Positions 36,332-42,117 of a stretch of DNA of 42,117 nucleotides are shown here, in pieces. The stretch's first letter is position 1. Each line of letters opens with the position of its first letter. The position numbers and the translations under genes were made by a program. The stretch lies in the IMG/VR virus record IMGVR_UViG_3300005805_000163, positions 1-42,117 of that record; one strand, given 5' to 3'. Source of the stretch: a virus. Taxonomy: Duplodnaviria > Caudoviricetes. Below the pieces are notes generated by a model, which was given only the letters and a program-made list of their open reading frames with translations, did not search any database and was not told the origin of the DNA.

Positions 36332-37476
36332 CGTATGGTACCGCTGTAACGTTCAAACCATGGATCAATGATTACAATTGTCCCATCATTTCTCATCATT
36401 GCATTTTCTGTATGCAAATCCCAATACATCTTATTGATTTTACCTGTCCTATATAGTAATTCCATTACAAGATATAATAAACGTATTTCTGCATACTTTG
36501 TTTTATTCTTAGGTAGTTGAGATAAATTAATCCATTTTTCAGCAAGTTGATTTGCGTACCTACCATTAAATTCATACCAAATTTTTGGAGAGCTTAATTC
36601 CGAGTTCACTTTTTCCCAAGGTACACCATTGCTTACATAATCACTAAAGAACCAAACAATACCTTCACTTAAACTATTCTTGGGTATTTTATTTAGTTGC
36701 TCCATAGATATTTGCATATATTTTTTTTTACCCAATGTAAATTCACTATATGCTTTACCTTGGATAGGTATAAATTTAGGAAGACACGCTAAATCTTGAT
36801 GCTGCATACAAAACTCATAGAATTTTTTAAATGTGAACGCAGCCTGAGTTATGTCTTGACTTTCGGGCATTACTATTTTTAATACTTGCCCTGCATCCTT
36901 CATCCACACTGTGGCATCAGCGCCGCTACCTATTTGGTTGTATCCTGCATTTTTTAATGTCTGAACTATTTCATGTGACTCAGGTGTACCCTTTTCAGCT
37001 TCTTCTAATGCACTATCTGTGGGGAACAATGGTCCACTAATGAAATTGCCGCGCTGACTTACAAGACCCTTACTTAATGCTTCTATGTAGTCATCGTTTA
37101 AGTCTCTACGTCTAAGACCGCCGCGTGGTCTTATGTTGACTTGAATAGGATCATCACCTTTTAACTTGATCCATTGTGTCATTCTATTACGACCTTCGTG
37201 ATCTACGACTTTTGCAGGCTTACTGTAGTCACCATCCTTCCAACTATCAGGTATCTCAATGTCTAACATAGGATATGCTATTTTACCACCTGCACTCATA
37301 TGTTTTTCAATTTCAGGATTAGTCTCTGCGGATCCTAGTGGTAGTGCTAGTTTTAAAAACGTACTAGGCTTCATTTGAACACGTAAACCGAAATAATCAA
37401 TATCAGTCCCATAGGGTGTGCTACCCCAACCACTAGGATCTAATACTGCTTCATTGATAAATTCAGTTGATCTCAT
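36328..37476 (-). CDS. ParB-like domain plus protein-kinase-like domain fusion, probable virion protein
   Basis: VVDHEGRNR; IGSGADATVW, VLK, DLHTEN, IIDP; N-terminus MRSTEFINE. Confidence 0.7.
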   Translation of the reverse strand: MRSTEFINEAVLDPSGWGSTPYGTDIDYFGLRVQMKPSTFLKLALPLGSAETNPEIEKHMSAGGKIAYPMLDIEIPDSWKDGDYSKPAKVVDHEGRNRMTQWIKLKGDDPIQVNIRPRGGLRRRDLNDDYIEALSKGLVSQRGNFISGPLFPTDSALEEAEKGTPESHEIVQTLKNAGYNQIGSGADATVWMKDAGQVLKIVMPESQDITQAAFTFKKFYEFCMQHQDLACLPKFIPIQGKAYSEFTLGKKKYMQISMEQLNKIPKNSLSEGIVWFFSDYVSNGVPWEKVNSELSSPKIWYEFNGRYANQLAEKWINLSQLPKNKTKYAEIRLLYLVMELLYRTGKINKMYWDLHTENAMMRNDGTIVIIDPWFERYSGTIR

Positions 37477-37478
37477 AA

Positions 37479-38693
37479 TTACATCACAAATATTTTACCA
37501 ACACTACTACTTAGCACATCGTCAAACATCAATTCCATATCACGTGCTAGTATTTCTGCTGCTTGTTGTCTTTCACCTTCATCACGAAACTCGGGCTTTA
37601 TGTTCATATACTTTGTAGGATTACCAAATACTTTACGTCCATATGTCAAATTAGTTGGTAATGGATTAAAAGTGATTTTACCTGTACCTAAATATTGAGC
37701 AAATGCTTCATACAAAAACTCATATGGTCTGCGAATTTGTCCTGTACGGCTACTGCGTTGTGTACCTATTGCGTTAAACAATGCATTGTACTCTGGTGTC
37801 ATATCCCATTTGATATTCGTTCTATATGTGTTAGCTCCACGATAAGCCTTACCATAGTATTCTTCAAGTATATTATTCACTGTAGAAAAGAAATGATTTT
37901 CTGCTTCTGACCATGCACTCCATCCTGAATTTTTACGCACGCCTGCTTGTATTGAATGACCAAATCTATGTGCCATTATCCATGGTGTCATCATAACTTT
38001 GCTGTCACCTTTATTGCCCACAAATACTACAGTTATAGCATCTTCACTACCATTGATTATTTCATCTGCTTGGTCTTTGAAAATTTGTTTAATTTGTTCT
38101 GGACTCATTGGTCCGTATTCACTATATCTACCTGTGCCGGGGACATTACTAAAGAATAATCTGAAATCATAAGGTGTCTGTTCAAAGAATTTTGTAGCTT
38201 TTTCTATATTCTTGGGGTGTGGTACAAGTTTCTTATCTGGCCCACGAAATGGTCCGGGCTTAGTGAAATCTCCAAATGTCTTGTACGTCGATAGTGCCAT
38301 TTCATCTAGTTCTTCTAGATCGGCTAAATCGACATACTGTATAGGTACACCCTTCATTGCTGCTGCTAGGGCACGATGGTTACCATCGATTATTCTGTCA
38401 CCCGATATTACAATTGTTTTTTTACTAAGATTAGGATCATCTATATAACGCTGTAATATTTCTTTTTGATCCTCTTCCATCATGTCTAATATTTCGTCTA
38501 AATGCTCTACTCTATATTGACCTTGTAGCATGATAGCTAATTTGTATTTAGGCAATGTTTTAATATCTAATGGGTTATTTAACTCACCGGGTCTTACATA
38601 GTCCCAAAATGTTTCATCCCGATCAGGAAAATTACCACCATACAAATTTTGTAGGGTAACTTTATTTTCGAGTAAAAATTCTATTGCTCTCAT
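37479..38693 (-). CDS. ParB/Srx-domain fusion protein, probable virion protein
   Basis: IIDGNHRALAA; second domain with AHRFGH and E..AQ; N-terminus MRAIEFLLE. Confidence 0.65.
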   Translation of the reverse strand: MRAIEFLLENKVTLQNLYGGNFPDRDETFWDYVRPGELNNPLDIKTLPKYKLAIMLQGQYRVEHLDEILDMMEEDQKEILQRYIDDPNLSKKTIVISGDRIIDGNHRALAAAMKGVPIQYVDLADLEELDEMALSTYKTFGDFTKPGPFRGPDKKLVPHPKNIEKATKFFEQTPYDFRLFFSNVPGTGRYSEYGPMSPEQIKQIFKDQADEIINGSEDAITVVFVGNKGDSKVMMTPWIMAHRFGHSIQAGVRKNSGWSAWSEAENHFFSTVNNILEEYYGKAYRGANTYRTNIKWDMTPEYNALFNAIGTQRSSRTGQIRRPYEFLYEAFAQYLGTGKITFNPLPTNLTYGRKVFGNPTKYMNIKPEFRDEGERQQAAEILARDMELMFDDVLSSSVGKIFVM

Positions 38694-38701
38694 TATACTA
38701 T

Positions 38702-39322
38702 TTAATCGCCAAACAAATTTAAACTATCATCAACATCTACAACTAAATGTGTACGTGCAGTTGATCCAAGATTAGCTACAGCATGTTTTGTATTAACATT
38801 TATCAAAAAAATATTATTCTCTGGTAAATGTGTTTCACCTTCTTCAGTAATGAATACTGCGTCGGGATTAGTTCTAATAACCACGTGCATTCTTGCAAAC
38901 AAAATCTCAGTAGGACCATCTGTATGATATGAACTTCTTCTACCTGGCATTAGTTGAATTAATCTAGCCCTGCAAGGATTAAAGTTTAATTTTTTAGCAG
39001 CCTCTAAGAGTTCAATAAATTGGTCAGATGCAGCGTTAGTGTATTTTTTATGTTTATGAGCCGGAAAAAATCCTATTTTTTCAGCAATGTCGGGATCGTA
39101 TGTACCTCTATGCATAAAGTTTCTTGGTACAGCCCAGCCGTCTGAATGCTTACCATTTATGCCCATAACAGCCCACCCTGACAATGCTGCGTTTTGTCCT
39201 GGTCCAGCTTTAGGGACATGGTGTTCTAAATGACTCACCTGATCTTTTAATTTGTCATAATCAATATTAGGAAATAAATGCGTAATATTTATGAATCTCA
39301 TGTTTAAAATAACAAAAATCAT
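38702..39322 (-). CDS. 2OG-Fe(II) oxygenase (Asp/Asn beta-hydroxylase-like)
   Basis: RARL..L.PG, HTD, RMH, H.V.N...RTHLV. Confidence 0.8.
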   Translation of the reverse strand: MIFVILNMRFINITHLFPNIDYDKLKDQVSHLEHHVPKAGPGQNAALSGWAVMGINGKHSDGWAVPRNFMHRGTYDPDIAEKIGFFPAHKHKKYTNAASDQFIELLEAAKKLNFNPCRARLIQLMPGRRSSYHTDGPTEILFARMHVVIRTNPDAVFITEEGETHLPENNIFLINVNTKHAVANLGSTARTHLVVDVDDSLNLFGD

Positions 39323-39369
39323 TAATTAATTCTATTCCAACCCATAAAAAATGGATCACTAACTAATCT

Positions 39370-39813
39370 TTAAGCACGTTTTTTATTAAGTATGCTGCGT
39401 AGCATCCATCCGTGTTTGCCGTGTGCATCAATTCTGCTAGCAATAAAATCTGCAATACCTTGTTCATCTGCTTCTTCAGCAATATGAAATGCTTCCTTCC
39501 ACATAGCTAGTATCTTAGCATTGTCTTGTTCTAGTTCTGCGATCATTAACTCAGCACGTGGAATTTTAGTTTGATCAGGAATTTGACTTAGTTCAGCAAA
39601 TCTTGTAATAGAACCCGGTGTATAGCTACCTATTTGACGTATTAGTTCTGCTGTTTGATCTATAGCATTATCATAAACTTCACTGTAAAGTTTACCTAAA
39701 AAATCATGATACTGTGGAAAGTCAGGACCTTCTACGTTCCAATGAAAGTTTTGTGTTTTAATTACAAAAGCGTAGCTCGTAGCTAATAGCGTTTTAAGTG
39801 CATCGGATAACAT
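39370..39813 (-). CDS. dps: Dps ferritin-like DNA-protection protein
   Basis: FHWNVEGPDF..H, D..AE, H.K..WML. Confidence 0.92.
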   Translation of the reverse strand: MLSDALKTLLATSYAFVIKTQNFHWNVEGPDFPQYHDFLGKLYSEVYDNAIDQTAELIRQIGSYTPGSITRFAELSQIPDQTKIPRAELMIAELEQDNAKILAMWKEAFHIAEEADEQGIADFIASRIDAHGKHGWMLRSILNKKRA

Positions 39814-42026
39814 TATTTTTTACGTCCTTCTTTATTTTCATAGGTCATAGCTGTAATACGCTCTGGCCCTTTTCTTCTAATCATTGATGTTTCTTGTTCA
39901 TATGTGCCGGGGTAAGGTGTACCTAAAGTTTCATCAACTAAGCCCTTCATTATAGCACTTTCACGTTTTGGCTTCTGTCCAGCTTTCTTCATAGCAATTG
40001 CAATTGCTGCTTGTTGTGCTGGATTAGCTGCTTCACCTTGCACTCTTGTACCTGCGCTACTTGCGTCACTACTTACGCCCATTACCATGCCTTCATTTTT
40101 CTTTCCACCAGTGCCCCAACTATCTGCACCTTTTTTACGACACTTAACTAATGCACCACTGGCGTAAGCACTTGGCCATACTTTATAACGGCTCTTAACT
40201 TTGTAATAGCAAGCATCTTTCTTTTCATTGATTAGTAGTTCACTAAACATAGGACCACCGCACTCTGGACATTTTTCTTCAGGAGTGAACATCGGCGCTT
40301 GATCTTCGCTAGTTTTCTTTTTACAACTACCAGGTGCACCTGCAGGAACACCTTTTACTCTAGTATATCCAGACCAGCATTTTAATTCATCAAGTTGTTC
40401 CTCCGCCACACCTTCGTTTGACTTTTTCTTAGTAGCAACATTGATAGCTTTACCACTACGCTCTGGGTTAGGATCTTCTCTACGCTTACGTGCAGCAGCA
40501 CTAGCACGACCCTTCTTGCCTAAACTGTGTGCTTTACTTTGTGGTAAGCATTTTGGCTTACCTTCACTATCGTCGCCCCTAGCACAATCGCCACGTATCT
40601 TTCCATCGGGGCCAAAACGAACCCACTTTTCTTTAAACCATTTACGCAAATCTTCATTTATTTCTTCGTTCTGCACCATTAATTCTTTTGGTGGATTCTT
40701 TGTTACATATTTTTGTATTTGTCTTTGTCCATTAACTTTATTCACGATAGTGACTAAATATTCTCCTGATGCATTAGGACCCTGTACTGAGGACATACGC
40801 TTGTCAGACATTCTTTGTGCATCGGACGATCTAGTAATACTATGATCGGACTTCACATGATCAGGTAACCCTGACTGCTTCCATTGGTCACTATCGGCAG
40901 CCCAACTTGCTGCAGGTTTAGACATGTTAGGACCTGATGTATTCGTATCGCCGGCTGCTGCATTGCCACCGCTCAATGCCATAGCACCTGCTAATGCTGC
41001 TCCACCTAACGTTGATTTCCAACCCTCATCTAATTCTTCATCATTCCATTGTTGTTTTCTTAATGCTTCTTCGAATGGCTCGTCTAATGAGAATATTGCA
41101 GACTCTAACGCTCTTTGTTTTTCAAAAACGTCATCAATTAGATATTCTAAGTCAGTGCGATCAACACCTGATTTTTCTGCTAGTAATTGGATCTTTGTAA
41201 TAATATCCATATGCATATCTGCATATTTGAACTGACTGGTTATTTTTCTTGCTTGATGTAATGCAGACTCAGGATCTAAATCACCCTGAGCTTCGTCAAG
41301 TCCTCGTCTTTCAATGTGTTGTAATACCTGTTTAAGCATAATGTTGATATCACTAGTTCCTAATTCTTCTGCGCCAGCATGGAAGCTTGCAACGTCGGCT
41401 ACTGCATCTCCTACAACTTCGTGTCCGTGTCTACTAACAATATCAGGATATCTTAATTCTAATCTATGAAAAAGAACGTCTGCTAAATCTTGTTCACTGA
41501 TACCCTCATGCATTAGTTCTGCTTCAAACTGCACACCCTTACTAATAGGAGGTTCGTCTTTCCATGGTTTCCAATAACCATGCTTGTGATTGTCTACGTA
41601 GTAAACCAATGTTAAATATGGATCTCCCTCTTTTTCAGGATTTTTCTTTTCAGTATCTACAATATTCTTAGCACCCCAATGTGCATCATTGAATTTATAG
41701 ATTTCGTTATCACCTTGATATGGTGTCTTTGAACGCACTAAAAATGTATTGTTGTATCTTTTGCCGTTAGGTGCAACACCTTCTTTATCTGAATACTGTA
41801 CGTCTACTTCACTTTTGTACTTTTTCTGTGCTGCATCTTGTTTACGGTAATGGTCGGCCCATGGATCATATGGCTCGCTATCATAATCTGGCTCTGCTCT
41901 ACCTCTTCTTCTAGGAGGATCACGTGGGTCATTTGGATGTCCTGAATAAGCAGGCCATGTTGCTTCGTCACCGGGACCAAGGTCAGTAATTTTTGCTTCG
42001 GTAAGTCCTTTTAATATTCTACTCAT
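39813..42026 (-). CDS. large modular protein of short domains joined by acidic linkers, probable head-associated
   Basis: 737 aa; modules EDLRKWFKEKW..., KCWSGY, CPECGG, DACYYKVKSRYKVWPSAYASG separated by LDE/INE/VDE linkers. Confidence 0.7.
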   Translation of the reverse strand: MSRILKGLTEAKITDLGPGDEATWPAYSGHPNDPRDPPRRRGRAEPDYDSEPYDPWADHYRKQDAAQKKYKSEVDVQYSDKEGVAPNGKRYNNTFLVRSKTPYQGDNEIYKFNDAHWGAKNIVDTEKKNPEKEGDPYLTLVYYVDNHKHGYWKPWKDEPPISKGVQFEAELMHEGISEQDLADVLFHRLELRYPDIVSRHGHEVVGDAVADVASFHAGAEELGTSDINIMLKQVLQHIERRGLDEAQGDLDPESALHQARKITSQFKYADMHMDIITKIQLLAEKSGVDRTDLEYLIDDVFEKQRALESAIFSLDEPFEEALRKQQWNDEELDEGWKSTLGGAALAGAMALSGGNAAAGDTNTSGPNMSKPAASWAADSDQWKQSGLPDHVKSDHSITRSSDAQRMSDKRMSSVQGPNASGEYLVTIVNKVNGQRQIQKYVTKNPPKELMVQNEEINEDLRKWFKEKWVRFGPDGKIRGDCARGDDSEGKPKCLPQSKAHSLGKKGRASAAARKRREDPNPERSGKAINVATKKKSNEGVAEEQLDELKCWSGYTRVKGVPAGAPGSCKKKTSEDQAPMFTPEEKCPECGGPMFSELLINEKKDACYYKVKSRYKVWPSAYASGALVKCRKKGADSWGTGGKKNEGMVMGVSSDASSAGTRVQGEAANPAQQAAIAIAMKKAGQKPKRESAIMKGLVDETLGTPYPGTYEQETSMIRRKGPERITAMTYENKEGRKK

Positions 42027-42027
42027 T

Positions 42028-42117
42028 TTACTTACCTTTCTTTTTGTTTTTGTTGTCTAGGTAACCGCGTTTGTTGACTGTAGCCCAAGCAATGTTTTCT
42101 GCTTCGTCTTTGCTCTT
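42028..42117 (-). CDS. 3' end of a gene, ChaB-like motif
   Basis: Open frame ...KSKDEAENIAWATVNKRGYLDNKNKKKGK-stop, 1 nt before the next ATG. Confidence 0.6.
   Translation of the reverse strand, partial: KSKDEAENIAWATVNKRGYLDNKNKKKGK

Noticed and set aside
50-41235. Many short plus-strand ORFs in the track (e.g. 50..286, 4767..5153, 27974..28579, 40441..40845) and nested minus-strand ORFs
   Set aside because: They lie antisense to or inside well-supported genes, lack motifs and are best explained as shadow ORFs
1-42117. tRNA genes, CRISPR arrays, transposases, stop-codon reassignment
   Set aside because: Intergenic gaps are too short and no cloverleaf, repeat-spacer array or transposase motif was seen by eye; genes are intact under the standard code with TAA, TGA and TAG all used as stops

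Overview
A 42 kb, gene-dense, AT-rich segment of a large T4-like (jumbo) dsDNA phage genome read with the standard code; all but one credible gene lie on the minus strand. It carries T4-type replication genes (RNase H, sliding clamp, B-family DNA polymerase, DsbA-like protein), UvsE, Dps, GMP reductase and a truncated TilS. A 7-deazaguanine DNA-modification pathway (FolE, QueD, QueE, a DpdL-like second T-fold protein and a DpdA/TGT-like transglycosylase, with no QueC/QueF in the window) is interleaved with glycosyltransferases, a GalE-like epimerase, cytidylyltransferases, an APS-kinase fusion, a sulfotransferase and a DadA-like oxidoreductase. Three things stand out: (1) this QueC-less deazaguanine plus sugar/sulfate-tailoring cluster, (2) an unannotated preQ1-I-riboswitch-like pseudoknot directly upstream of queD, and (3) a family of modular proteins with T4 capsid-targeting-like N-termini and (L/I)xE linkers carrying kinase, ParB/Srx, zincin and Gp88 domains. 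Sigma70-type and TAAATA late-type promoters are readable in the intergenic spaces. All calls come from motif recognition by eye; no database searches were run.
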